From NCBI GenBank assembly GCA_963840855.1, contig CAWJBB010000044.1:1-34818 (forward strand): 34,818 nt of DNA, given 5' to 3'. Positions 1 through 9,447 of this stretch are shown piece by piece. Both the position numbers and the translations under genes were made by a program. This stretch comes from an uncultured delta proteobacterium. Lineage in GTDB: Bacteria; Desulfobacterota; Binatia; UBA9968. The stretch's first letter is position 1. Each line of letters opens with the position of its first letter. The notes under the pieces are model-generated. The model was not told the origin of the DNA, did no database searches, and was given only the letters and a program-made list of their open reading frames with translations.

Positions 1-1
1 T

Positions 2-1231
2 CACAACCCGACGCTTAAACGCCAATGCCTGACCAATCATCTGCCTTTGGATTACACCCGTGATCAATTCATCGATGCATGGAAGAAACGCCTCGATAAG
101 CCCGCGCTGATTCCGCCCCGGGCGGTCGATTCCGGTCCGTTGCTCGAGAACGTATTTGAGGGCAATGATATCGACTTGCTCTCCCTGCCCGCTCCTTGGT
201 GGCACGAAGGTGACGGCGGCCGCTACATCGGCTCGCTCAACGCTACGATCAGCCGCGATCTGGAGGAAGGCTGGATCAACGTCGGTTGCTATAGGGTGAT
301 GCTGCATGACCGCGACACGTTGGCGCTCTACATGTCGCCTGGGCACCACGGCAACATCCATCGGCAAAAATACTTCGACCGCGGACAGCCGTTTCCGGTC
401 GCAATCAGCTTTGGCCCCGATCCGTTGCTCTGGTTCTTCGGCCAGATGGAAATTCCGGCGGGAGAGTCCGAGTACGATTACGCCGGCGGCGTGCGCGGCA
501 AGCCCTACGAAGTGATTCTAGGCAAGCATACGGGTCTGCCGATTCCCGCCTACTCCGAAGTCGCCATCGAAGGCGAGGTCATTCCCGGCACGAAAATCCC
601 CGAGGGACCGTTCGGTGAGTTTACCGGATACTATGCCGGCGGGCTTCGTTCCGAGCCGATGCTCAAAGTAAAACGGCTCATGTACCGCAACGATCCGATC
701 ATCACCGGCGCGCCGCCGTTCAAGCCGGCGCCGGGGGCGGAAAATAATCTCATTCGCGCGGCTTACATTTGGCACTATTTGGATAAAGCCGGCGTACCCG
801 ATGTTAGAGGCGTGGCCTACTACCAGACGCGCATGCTCGTAGTTGTTTCGATTAAACAACGCTACCCGGGCCATGCCCGGCAGGCGGCGCTGGTTGCGTC
901 GCAATGCCGCGCCGCGGCTCTGCTCACCCGATACGTTATGGTGGTCGATGACGACATCGATATCTGGGACAGTAACGATATTTTATGGGCGCTATGCACG
1001 AGAACCGACCCGGCAAAGGATATCGATATTCTGCGCCGCTGCTGGAGTAATCCCATCGATCCAATCATTCCGCCCAGCGAGCGCGGCTTTCAGTCGCGCG
1101 GTATCATCGACGCGTGCAGGCCTTATGAATGGATGAATGAGTTCCCCAAGGTTTCCGGAGCGAGTGCCGAGCTGAAGGCGAAGGTAACCGCGAAGTTTGG
1201 CGCGAGCTTGGCGGGGAAGACGACGATTTAA
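2..1231 (+). CDS. UbiD-family (prFMN-dependent) decarboxylase, 5' end outside window
   Basis: Frame is open from the window edge. Motifs DGGRYIG, NVGCYR, EGPFGEFTGYY, VVDDDIDIWD..WAL.TR and IIDACRP are typical of UbiD. Confidence 0.93.
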   Translation, partial: HNPTLKRQCLTNHLPLDYTRDQFIDAWKKRLDKPALIPPRAVDSGPLLENVFEGNDIDLLSLPAPWWHEGDGGRYIGSLNATISRDLEEGWINVGCYRVMLHDRDTLALYMSPGHHGNIHRQKYFDRGQPFPVAISFGPDPLLWFFGQMEIPAGESEYDYAGGVRGKPYEVILGKHTGLPIPAYSEVAIEGEVIPGTKIPEGPFGEFTGYYAGGLRSEPMLKVKRLMYRNDPIITGAPPFKPAPGAENNLIRAAYIWHYLDKAGVPDVRGVAYYQTRMLVVVSIKQRYPGHARQAALVASQCRAAALLTRYVMVVDDDIDIWDSNDILWALCTRTDPAKDIDILRRCWSNPIDPIIPPSERGFQSRGIIDACRPYEWMNEFPKVSGASAELKAKVTAKFGASLAGKTTI

Positions 1232-1437
1232 CCCGGTTCTCAAATCCACCACTGACAAGATTTGGCAGGAATCCGGCAGCGCAACGGAATTCCCCATGGA
1301 CCGCCTGGTCTTTCGGTCTTGCGCGAAGCCAAGGCGGAGCTAAAAAGGCGGTGGTTTCAAAGAGACGGTATTGCGTGACGGGCTGGCCATAATATAGAAT
1401 CCGCGCAGTGACAATTTCTTAAGCAGGAGGCTTGCCT

Positions 1438-1908
1438 ATGAAGTCGCTCGTTTCTGTAATCGTGTTGAGTCTGGGTCTGGTATTGTTTCAATCGACAGCG
1501 TTCACCGACATGCCCCGTGAAAAGGACAAGAAGCCAGAAAATCCGAACATCGTAGCAGGCCGTAAAGCCATCGACGGGAAAGACTTCAAAGGCGCGGTGG
1601 GACATTTGACCCAAGCCGTCCAGGAAGAGCCCAACAACGCCGACGCCCACAGCATGCTTGGCTACAGCTACCGCAAGTCGGGCACCTTCGATAAATCGAT
1701 GGAACATTATCAAAGGGCTCTCAAAATCGACTCCAACCATCGCAGCGCCCATGAGTACCTTGGCGAGCTGTACCTCGATATGAATCAACCCGAAAATGCC
1801 GAAAAGCAGTTGGCGGCATTGAAGAAAGCCTGTCCGTTTTTCGGGAGGTGCGAAGAATTAGATGATCTCAAAAAGGCCATCGACGAATACAAAGCGAAGA
1901 AAAAGTAA
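1438..1908 (+). CDS. Exported TPR-repeat protein
   Basis: Signal peptide; TPR motifs (NADAHSMLGYSYRK, AHEYLGELYL); SD AGGAGG upstream. Confidence 0.85.
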   Translation: MKSLVSVIVLSLGLVLFQSTAFTDMPREKDKKPENPNIVAGRKAIDGKDFKGAVGHLTQAVQEEPNNADAHSMLGYSYRKSGTFDKSMEHYQRALKIDSNHRSAHEYLGELYLDMNQPENAEKQLAALKKACPFFGRCEELDDLKKAIDEYKAKKK

Positions 1909-1966
1909 GAACCGTTTCTAGTTGGACGCGCGCCGCTGTGCGGCTTTACGCCAAAGGAGCTTTCCA

Positions 1967-2686
1967 ATGCCGGAAATAAAAGCACGGATAGGTTTCGTCA
2001 GCGGCGGGGCGGGCTCCATGCCGCATTACAATAGTTTTCTGCCAATCCTTCCGAGCGAGATCGAGATGGATTCCCAGGGGTTGGGGCTTTATAGCAAGTC
2101 GCTGTACGAGATCGCCGACAAAAAGGAAATGATTCTGCGCCGGGTGAAGGAATTCATCGCCGAGCGAAAATGGGACGGCCTCATTCTGACGGCTGCGCCA
2201 ACGGAAGTTCTCAATCCCGGACTCTATGATGATCTCAAAGCAGCGGTCTCGATTCCCTTTACCACCGCTCTCAATGCTTGTGTCACCGCGCTGCGCGTTT
2301 ACTCGGCGCCGAAGGTGCTCCTGCTGACGCCGTTCGATGCGCGCTTGAACGATTTGATCGTGGCGCATCTCGCCAAAGTTGGAGTCACGGCGGTGTCGCC
2401 CCATTCTTTCGCTGAGTTGGCTGTGCCGAAGCGAATGACGCCCGACGAGGTTTTCGAACTGACGAAAAAGAATCTGGCCGCCGCGGGCAAGGTCGACGCG
2501 ATTTACTTTCAGGGCGCCGTGCTCGACCCGATCAAGTGTCTCGAACGGATCGAGTCTGAGCTTAAAGCGACCGTGATCGCGAGCAATCCCGCGATGTTCT
2601 GGTATGTGCTTGCCAAACTTGGAAAGAAGTATCCCATAACCGGTTACGGACGATTATTACGGGAGTGGCCGGCGTTAACCGGATAA
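1967..2686 (+). CDS. Maleate isomerase/arylmalonate decarboxylase-like (Asp/Glu racemase superfamily) protein
   Basis: SD AAGGAG before ATG 1967. Motifs LLLTPF, VIASNPAMFW and GYGRLL match this family, but the usual catalytic Cys positions are not Cys. Confidence 0.75.
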   Translation: MPEIKARIGFVSGGAGSMPHYNSFLPILPSEIEMDSQGLGLYSKSLYEIADKKEMILRRVKEFIAERKWDGLILTAAPTEVLNPGLYDDLKAAVSIPFTTALNACVTALRVYSAPKVLLLTPFDARLNDLIVAHLAKVGVTAVSPHSFAELAVPKRMTPDEVFELTKKNLAAAGKVDAIYFQGAVLDPIKCLERIESELKATVIASNPAMFWYVLAKLGKKYPITGYGRLLREWPALTG

Positions 2687-2692
2687 AATAAC

Positions 2693-2728
2693 CGTTCCAA
2701 TCGTTCAAGCAGTTCAAAACGTTCAAGC
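2693..2728 (+). repeat. Four tandem 9-mers (consensus CGTTCAANN), one-armed copy
   Basis: cgttccaat cgttcaagc agttcaaaa cgttcaagc, starting just after the stop at 2686. Confidence 0.85.
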
Positions 2729-2857
2729 TGTGGAAGATATCAAGTGTTCAGACGGTTTCTGATTCTACCTACCTGCACCGGTAAGCGAATGCGGTAGTGC
2801 TTACGTATCTAGCCTTCTCCGGCAATATCAATTCCAGGAACCAACGGAGAAAATTTT

Positions 2858-3985
2858 ATGGCTGACGAAAAGAAGGCGCCGTTTCGCGCCAATCACGTAG
2901 GCAGTTTGTTAAGGCCCCCCGAACTGCGACAGGCGAGAGAGAAACGCGAGAAGGGCGAGATATCCGCGGCGGCATTACGAGAGGTCGAGGACCGCTGTAT
3001 TCGCGCAGCCGTTAAAATGCAGGAAGATGTCGGTTTGCAAGGGATAACCGACGGCGAGTTTCGTCGCAGTCTTTGGCATGCAGACTTTTTAAGTCAGTTC
3101 GACGGCATCAAAGTCGTCGAAGGGTTGCTGCCTGACTCCGCGCGCCATTTTCAAAACCCCGACGCGGACGTGCAGCGCTCCCCCACCCAATTCGTCGTGA
3201 CGGGAAAGTTGAAACATAGCCACGGCATTGAGACGGATAATTTCAAATTTTTAGCTGCGGTGACGAAGCAGACGGCCAAACAGTGTATTCCCTCGCCGTC
3301 CTTGGTGCATTTTCGCACGGGCCGCGCCGGTGTGGACAAGGGTGCCTATCCCGAGATGGAGGAATTCTTCTCAGATCTGGCGCGCGTCTACCGGGAGGAA
3401 ATCGCCGAACTCGCCGCTGCCGGCTGCACCTATCTGGAAATCGATGACGTGAACTTCGCTTATCTTTGCGATCCTAAAATGCGCGAAGGGGCGAAAAAGA
3501 TCGGCGAAGATCCTGACAAACTTCCGGCTTTGTACGCCAAGCTGATCAACGAATGCATCAAGGACCGCCCGGCGAATATGTCGGTGTGCACGCATCTATG
3601 CCGTGGCAACTTTCGCAGTTCCTGGGTCGCCGAAGGGGGCTACGATCCCGTTGCCGAAGTCCTCTTCAATGCGCTCAAGGTTGACGGCTACTTTCTCGAA
3701 TTCGACACGCCCCGCGCTGGAAATTTTGCGCCACTGCGTTACCTGCCGAGAGACAAGAAACTCATCCTTGGCTTGGTGACGTCAAAAACGGCGGAGCTGG
3801 AAAAGCCGGATGAACTGAAGCGCCGTATCGACGAAGCAAGCAAGTTCGTCCCGTTGGACCAACTCGGCATCAGCCCCCAGTGTGGTTTCTCCAGCACCGT
3901 GCTCGGAAATAAGTTGACGATTGATGACCAGATCGCGAAATTAAGACTGGTAGTTCAAGTGGCGCGGGATGTGTGGGGCTCTTAG
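2858..3985 (+). CDS. Cobalamin-independent methionine synthase II-like (single-barrel MetE/YxjH family)
   Basis: HVGSLLRP, ITDGEFRR, Zn ligands HLCRGN, LEFD and SPQCGF. Confidence 0.92.
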   Translation: MADEKKAPFRANHVGSLLRPPELRQAREKREKGEISAAALREVEDRCIRAAVKMQEDVGLQGITDGEFRRSLWHADFLSQFDGIKVVEGLLPDSARHFQNPDADVQRSPTQFVVTGKLKHSHGIETDNFKFLAAVTKQTAKQCIPSPSLVHFRTGRAGVDKGAYPEMEEFFSDLARVYREEIAELAAAGCTYLEIDDVNFAYLCDPKMREGAKKIGEDPDKLPALYAKLINECIKDRPANMSVCTHLCRGNFRSSWVAEGGYDPVAEVLFNALKVDGYFLEFDTPRAGNFAPLRYLPRDKKLILGLVTSKTAELEKPDELKRRIDEASKFVPLDQLGISPQCGFSSTVLGNKLTIDDQIAKLRLVVQVARDVWGS

Positions 3986-4272
3986 GCTGTCACGGACTGC
4001 TGAATGTCCATAGGCTGCGATACTAGACTTGCAGCTGCAGCGAGCATCGCCGCGACCATTCTCGTGCTGCCGCCAACGCGAATCAGTTCCACGTCGAGCC
4101 CCTCCTGGGTGAAAAAGCCGGCTTCCTTGCTGACCCATGCCGGCGCCCAACTACCGGCAAAGCTCGGATAGAGAAGGCGTACGTGACTGGTTGCCGTGGC
4201 GGCATTTCCGCGGGCGGCGAAGGCGAGCGAGACAACCGCTAACGCAATCCATCGAATTGCTGTAGCTAGCAT
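3982..4272 (-). pseudogene. Truncated NMT1/SsuA-type ABC substrate-binding protein (N-terminal ~95 aa only)
   Basis: SD GGAGG, signal peptide, then WVSKEAGFFTQEGLDVELIRVGG. The ORF stops early, overlapping the metE-like stop codon; the full-length paralog at 32190-33188 is 332 aa. Confidence 0.7.
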
Positions 4273-4446
4273 CATTCCTCCCTGGTGAACCACGCCAATC
4301 GAAAGAAAGCGCCGGCGGGAACCGGCGTGATTCTCGGCGCCGCGATTGACCGTTTTACACGGATGCGAAGTTTTTTTCCTGTCTCTGGTCACGTCAAGAT
4401 TGGTTTCCGACGAGGCCCGTTGTAAACATGGTGGCTCTATCTGCGA

Positions 4447-5706
4447 TTGCCGTTTGCGAGCGAGGATACATCAAAGGTGGCGCTTAAGGAAAGCACGGAG
4501 GGGCTCGATGGAGCTCGGGAGGAACAAATTATCCGGCCTTTTTTGGCACAAATCGGCCCCGTGGTTTTCCTGGTTCTGATATTTCTTCTCAATTTTATTT
4601 CTCGGATTATATTCTCGCCGCTGTTGCCGACCATTGAGAAAGAGTTAGCGATTGGCCATGGCCAGGCCGGCTTCTTCTTCTTTCTGATATCTGCAGGTTA
4701 TCTGACTGGCTTGCTCGGATCGGGCTTCCTCTCATCGCGCACGACCCATCGCCGCACCATCCTTATTTCCGGCACGGGTGTCGGCTTCGCGCTTCTGACC
4801 CTTTCGTTTTCAACTAGTCTGTGGGCGATGCGCGCTGGTCTCTTGGGTTTGGGACTGGCCGCGGGACTTTACATGCCATCTGCCATCGCGACCATCACAG
4901 CCCTGGTCGATCAGCGGCACTGGGGCAAAGCGATAGCGGTGCATGAACTCGCGCCCAACCTGGCTTTTTTCACCGGTCCCTTCGTTGCGGAGTTGTTTCT
5001 GAGCCAGTCAAGTTGGCGTGCAGCGTTGGGCGCTCTCGGTATCGCATCCTTAATCATCGCCGTAGCCTACTACCGTTTCGGGCGGGGTGGTAGATTTTCC
5101 GGCGAATCCCCGACGTCCACCGCTTTTGGCTCGCTCATCCGCACATCGGCGTTTTGGATCATGCTGATCCTCTTTGGATTGGGAGTCAGTTCTACCATCG
5201 GTGTGTACGCAATGCTGCCGCTCTATCTCGTGAGTGAGCGCCGCATAGAGGCGAGCTGGGCGAATACTTTGACGGCCTTCTCTCGATCATACGGTCCGAT
5301 ATCCGGCGTTGTTGGCGGCTGGGTGTCGGATCGGCTCGGTCCGAAGCGCACGATGGTGCTAAGTTTGATCTTTACCGGCGTGTTAACTCTGCTGCTGGGC
5401 TTGGTTGCCGATTCTCGGCTCAGCGCTGCAGTTATCATTCAGCCGGCCCTCGCCGTGTGGTTTTTCCCCGCCGGTTTTGCCACCCTCGCGGTCATCGCGC
5501 CACCCCATGCGCGCAACCTTGCCGTCGGTTTTACGATTCCATTCGGCTATTTGATCGGCGGTGGCGCGATTCCCACGCTGATCGGCATTATGGGCGACGC
5601 GGGTTCCTTTGCTTTCGGATTCATGACCACGGGAATTTTGATCACTTGCGCAGGGATGCTGGCACTGTTTCTCAAGTTACCTGCTGCCGCCAAGGGTGCG
5701 GCGTGA
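4447..5706 (+). CDS. MFS transporter
   Basis: About 12 hydrophobic segments; motif A-like GWVSDRLGPKR. Start uncertain. Confidence 0.9.
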   Translation: MPFASEDTSKVALKESTEGLDGAREEQIIRPFLAQIGPVVFLVLIFLLNFISRIIFSPLLPTIEKELAIGHGQAGFFFFLISAGYLTGLLGSGFLSSRTTHRRTILISGTGVGFALLTLSFSTSLWAMRAGLLGLGLAAGLYMPSAIATITALVDQRHWGKAIAVHELAPNLAFFTGPFVAELFLSQSSWRAALGALGIASLIIAVAYYRFGRGGRFSGESPTSTAFGSLIRTSAFWIMLILFGLGVSSTIGVYAMLPLYLVSERRIEASWANTLTAFSRSYGPISGVVGGWVSDRLGPKRTMVLSLIFTGVLTLLLGLVADSRLSAAVIIQPALAVWFFPAGFATLAVIAPPHARNLAVGFTIPFGYLIGGGAIPTLIGIMGDAGSFAFGFMTTGILITCAGMLALFLKLPAAAKGAA

Positions 5707-5753
5707 TTTTCAACTTGTTATCGGCAGCCAGGCTGTTCTATAAAAGGTGGCAT

Positions 5754-6509
5754 ATGCTCAGCTTGGACCAATTTGCCGCCAAAATCAGAGCGTCGAGCGA
5801 GATCGTTATTTTTACCGGCGCGGGCATCAGCACCGAGTCGGGTATTCCGGATTTTCGCAGCCCCGGTGGTCTCTGGACGCGCTACAAGCCCGTCACTTAT
5901 CAAGAGTATCTCGCCAGTGAAGTAGCGCGCGTCAGCGCGTGGAAGCGGCGTTTGGAGACCCATGAGACGACGAAAAATGCCAAGCCCAACCTTGGCCACT
6001 ACTTCGTCAACTCGCTAAACGTCAAGGAAAAACTCATCGGTCTGATCACACAAAACGTCGATGGCCTGCACAGCGAAGCAGGACTGCCGGACGACAGGAT
6101 CGTCGAGCTGCACGGCAGCAACCGCAAGGTCATTTGCCTGAGCTGCAGCAAGGAGTTCGACCCCGACGAGATCATCAAGACCCTAACCGGAAACTTTGCG
6201 TCGCCCAGATGCGATACCTGTGGCGGTATCCTCAAATCGGCGACCGTTTCTTTCGGCCAAGCGATGCCCCAGGAGGCAATGCGAAAGGCCGAAGAGTGGA
6301 CTGAGCAGGCGGAAGTCTTCGTCGTGATGGGTTCATCGTTGCAAGTGCAACCGGCGGCTTCCTTTCCCGTGATTGCCAAGCACAACGGCGCCCTGTTGGC
6401 GATCATCAACCGCGAACCGGGGCCCCTCGACGAGATCGCGGATTACGTTCATAACGGCGCCATCGGGGAGTTCTGCGGCAGATTCAGCGAAATGATCGCT
6501 GACGGATGA
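5754..6509 (+). CDS. cobB: Sir2/CobB-family NAD-dependent protein deacylase
   Basis: GAGISTESGIPDFR, TQNVDGLH, ELHG, CxxC..CxxC, GSSLQVQPAA. ATG 5754 is preferred over the upstream extension. Confidence 0.93.
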   Translation: MLSLDQFAAKIRASSEIVIFTGAGISTESGIPDFRSPGGLWTRYKPVTYQEYLASEVARVSAWKRRLETHETTKNAKPNLGHYFVNSLNVKEKLIGLITQNVDGLHSEAGLPDDRIVELHGSNRKVICLSCSKEFDPDEIIKTLTGNFASPRCDTCGGILKSATVSFGQAMPQEAMRKAEEWTEQAEVFVVMGSSLQVQPAASFPVIAKHNGALLAIINREPGPLDEIADYVHNGAIGEFCGRFSEMIADG

Positions 6510-6530
6510 TTCGGAATTAAGGAGATATTC

Positions 6531-7535
6531 ATGGCTGATTGGAAACTGATCGATGCCGATGGGCATATTCGCGAAACCGAGAGCGAAGTCTTCGACTATT
6601 TGCCGGATATCTACAAAAACCGGCGTGAGGCGGTGCTCTATTTCCCGCTATTACCCCATCATGGCTGGCACCGCCAAGCGGGTAGAGCCGGCGACGGCGC
6701 ATCGTTTTTGATTCCCACGCTGGAAGATTGGCAAAAGGCCCTGGATGAAGGGAACATCGAAGCCGCGGCGCTTTATCCGACGCGCTTCGCGCATATCGGC
6801 CAGGTGGGTATGGTCGAATTCGCCGTCGAACTGAGTCGAGCCTACAACGACTATCTGTCCGACCGGTTCCTGCGTCACGATTCTCGGTTGAAGGGTATCG
6901 CCGTCTTGCCCTTGCAAGATGTCCGGGCCGCGGTTATGGAGTTGCGGCGCGCGGTAAAAGAGTATGGCATGGTCGGCGGTTTTCTGCCGGCGGACGGATT
7001 GCCGCGGCCCCTGGGCCATCCGGAGTTTCACCCATTGTATGAAGAGGCGAATCGTTTAGGTTGCATGCTCGCGGTGCATTCGCAAAATTCATTGCGCAAC
7101 AACGATCTTTTCATGTGGCTTGGCGAGGCAGCGACACTATCTCATGTCTGGCCGCAGATGCGCCAGTTCACGAATCTGATGTTTTCCGGTGTTTTTGGCA
7201 AATACCCTGATCTACGAGTTGCTTTCCTGGAGGCAGGCTGTGGCTGGGTGCCTTATCTGATGAGCAAAATGGACGCGCGCATGGGCGAGTTGCCGCGGCC
7301 GTCGGCGCTCATCGAGCGCGGCCAAATTTATTTTCAATGCGGCGAGGAAATGACCACCGGCCGCGATATCGAGTTGCTCGGCGACGAATGCCTGTTCTGG
7401 GCGTCAGACTTTCCCCACGAGGGTATCGTCGATATGTCGAAAGCGGTGAACGAATTTCTCGGGCGGGAAGATATTTCGGATGCGTCGAAACGGAAGATCA
7501 GCTACGACAATCCAAAAAAGCTCTACGGGCTCTAA
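6531..7535 (+). CDS. Amidohydrolase-2 family protein
   Basis: IDADGH, AYNDY, FLEAGCGW, WASDFPH, NPKKLY; SD AAGGAG. Confidence 0.9.
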   Translation: MADWKLIDADGHIRETESEVFDYLPDIYKNRREAVLYFPLLPHHGWHRQAGRAGDGASFLIPTLEDWQKALDEGNIEAAALYPTRFAHIGQVGMVEFAVELSRAYNDYLSDRFLRHDSRLKGIAVLPLQDVRAAVMELRRAVKEYGMVGGFLPADGLPRPLGHPEFHPLYEEANRLGCMLAVHSQNSLRNNDLFMWLGEAATLSHVWPQMRQFTNLMFSGVFGKYPDLRVAFLEAGCGWVPYLMSKMDARMGELPRPSALIERGQIYFQCGEEMTTGRDIELLGDECLFWASDFPHEGIVDMSKAVNEFLGREDISDASKRKISYDNPKKLYGL

Positions 7536-7542
7536 AGCGTGC

Positions 7543-7634
7543 CGTTCAAATCGTTCCAATCGTTCAAGACGTTCAAATCGCCGGAACAATCCGAATCGGT
7601 TTGAACGACTTGAACGTTTTGAACGGCTTGAACG
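7543..7634. repeat. Palindromic array: 4 x CGTTCAANN, 20-bp spacer, 4 x NNTTGAACG
   Basis: cgttcaaat cgttccaat cgttcaaga cgttcaaat / cgccggaacaatccgaatcg / gtttgaacg acttgaacg ttttgaacg gcttgaacg; fills the gap between convergent genes. Confidence 0.92.
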
Positions 7635-7642
7635 ATAGTCTT

Positions 7643-8029
7643 TTAAACGTTGAAATCGGCTTGTACTTTTTGGCGGACGTCTTGCCGAGTTATGTAATCG
7701 ATGATCTGAATCTTGTCAGCCGGTCCGGAACGGTTGCCCATCATGATCATTGGACCATCGCCGGTATTCTCCAGCTTATAGAACGAACCGCCGGTAATCA
7801 GGGCGGCTTGGCCAGGTTTCAACGTTACCTGACCGCCATCAGGAAAGCTCATCGTGCACTCTCCGTCAAGGACGACAAAGGTCTGGTCGGCATTGTGGCA
7901 GTGCATTTCGTCTTTCTGACCCGGCTTATAGTAATGCATCCAGGCGTGAAAGCGCGGCGTGTCGAAGATATTTCTACGCCGTTTTTCCTTGTGCGCCATA
8001 TCCACCAGATCGATCACGTCGATGCCCAT
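7643..8029 (-). CDS. Cupin-domain protein
   Basis: MHCHNADQTFVVLDGE and LKPGQAALI cupin motifs. Confidence 0.85.
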   Translation of the reverse strand: MGIDVIDLVDMAHKEKRRRNIFDTPRFHAWMHYYKPGQKDEMHCHNADQTFVVLDGECTMSFPDGGQVTLKPGQAALITGGSFYKLENTGDGPMIMMGNRSGPADKIQIIDYITRQDVRQKVQADFNV

Positions 8030-8067
8030 AAGAAATTCTCCTCTGTGGGTTGAGTTTGTGCTAGTCG

Positions 8068-8448
8068 CTATAGAACCGCGATCACTTCGATTTGAAACAA
8101 GTTATTGCCGCGCAGGTCGACTTTGATCGCATGGCGGGCAGGCCGGTCGTGCTCGTCCGGGAACATCTTTAACCAGGCCTTGTTCACGGCATCGCGGTAT
8201 TTTTCTTCCTTCAAATAGACCTTCATGTAAGCGATGTTCTCCGGGCTTCCTCCGGCGGTTTCCATGAAGAGCCGGAGGTTGCGAAACAGCGCCTCCGCTT
8301 GCTCGTCCGGGTCGGGCGAGAGCACGCCGGTCTTGGCGTCTTTGCCGGAGAGCGCCGAGGAAAAAATCATGTTGCCGATCACCACGCCGTTGGGAATCGG
8401 CGCGCCATGTTCCATGCCTTTGATGTGAATGCTTTTGCGTTTTGCCAT
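8068..8448 (-). CDS. RidA/YjgF family protein
   Basis: HGAPIP, FSSALSG, RPARHA, QIEVIAVL; SD AGGAG. Confidence 0.88.
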   Translation of the reverse strand: MAKRKSIHIKGMEHGAPIPNGVVIGNMIFSSALSGKDAKTGVLSPDPDEQAEALFRNLRLFMETAGGSPENIAYMKVYLKEEKYRDAVNKAWLKMFPDEHDRPARHAIKVDLRGNNLFQIEVIAVL

Positions 8449-8541
8449 AATCGGTCTCCTTGTGGGGTTCGTTCGACCTATCGCTTCATATCACGGGCTG
8501 ATAAAAAATCACATGGGCACGTCGAGGGTCTTGCGCCGTGA

Positions 8542-9447
8542 CTACGGATAGTTTCGCGGCAGTTGGTTCTCTTCCGATCGACGACTAATTGAGGCCTTCA
8601 TTACGGCAGTGTCCCTTTTGATGAACCCCGGCGGGCGGCCATGCCGTGAGCGTACTTCGAGCCATTCGTCCCGCGCGCCAACCACGTTGATCTCCATTCC
8701 CGCTTCGACCCGGGCCAGGGGCGGGGATCTGTCGTTGGGTTGGCTGAAGACACGGGTGGAGCGCACAACTTCATATCTAGCGCCGCTGAGGGCGGTGCTC
8801 CTTGCGGCAGCAGCGTTGCGACGCGGTGTTGCTGTTTCCGTGGATTTGTTTCCCTCCGCGCTCGCGGGGCCGGCGTGATCACGCGCAATATTTGCGTTGG
8901 AAGGCTGCTCGGCAACCGGTGCGTCCCGTCCCGCCAATCCAAGCGTTGCAAAACGCCAAGCCTCGGTGTAGTAGGTAGCCGCGCCGGCCGCGAGCAGCAC
9001 TACAACAGCCTCGGCGACCCATGTACGCCGCTGATCGGCGGCGCGAACGGCAGGTTCCTCGACTGGTGCGCTTGGCGCGCTTTCGGCGATCTGGGCTCCC
9101 AGCTCAGGCCTTTTGGACCGGTAACGCGCGCTCTCTTGCTTGAGTCGGCCGTTCTCGGCACGCAAACGTTCCACCTCGATCCACAGCGTTTCAATATCGG
9201 CTCGGCTAGATTGCAACTGCTCTGTCAAAGCGGCGATTTCAGCGTATGGTTCTCGATTCCTGCGGGCAGTAACTTCTCGGTGGGCTTCAATGCGCGCGCC
9301 GCTTCCGGTCTCGTCGGACCGCGAGCGCAGCGACTCGACATCCGCGCGTTTGCGTTTTAGTTCGCGTTCGGAAGCGATCAGCAGGGCGAGCATTATGATG
9401 ATGGCTATGGCTGCAATAACCAGCGTCCAGACGAGCATGGTTTCCAT
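8542..9447 (-). CDS. Membrane-anchored coiled-coil protein with C-terminal bacterial SH3-like domain
   Basis: N-terminal TM, coiled coil, second hydrophobic segment, then INVVGARDEWLEVRSRHGRPPGFI; SD GGAGGG. Confidence 0.75.
   Translation of the reverse strand: METMLVWTLVIAAIAIIIMLALLIASERELKRKRADVESLRSRSDETGSGARIEAHREVTARRNREPYAEIAALTEQLQSSRADIETLWIEVERLRAENGRLKQESARYRSKRPELGAQIAESAPSAPVEEPAVRAADQRRTWVAEAVVVLLAAGAATYYTEAWRFATLGLAGRDAPVAEQPSNANIARDHAGPASAEGNKSTETATPRRNAAAARSTALSGARYEVVRSTRVFSQPNDRSPPLARVEAGMEINVVGARDEWLEVRSRHGRPPGFIKRDTAVMKASISRRSEENQLPRNYP

Noticed and set aside
5754-6509. Sir2 anti-phage NADase (Thoeris/DSR type)
   Set aside because: Canonical short Zn-binding CobB-type sirtuin in a metabolic operon, with no defence partners.
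7543-7634. CRISPR array
   Set aside because: Units are 7-9 bp, directly tandem and inverted, with no unique spacers and no cas genes.
7337-8053. 238-aa plus-strand ORF and similar long antisense ORFs (e.g. 24598-25275, 8740-9360)
   Set aside because: Shadow frames of real genes in GC-rich DNA; its periodic peptide (VQIVPIVQDVQ..LNDLNVLNGLND) is just the translated 9-mer repeat.
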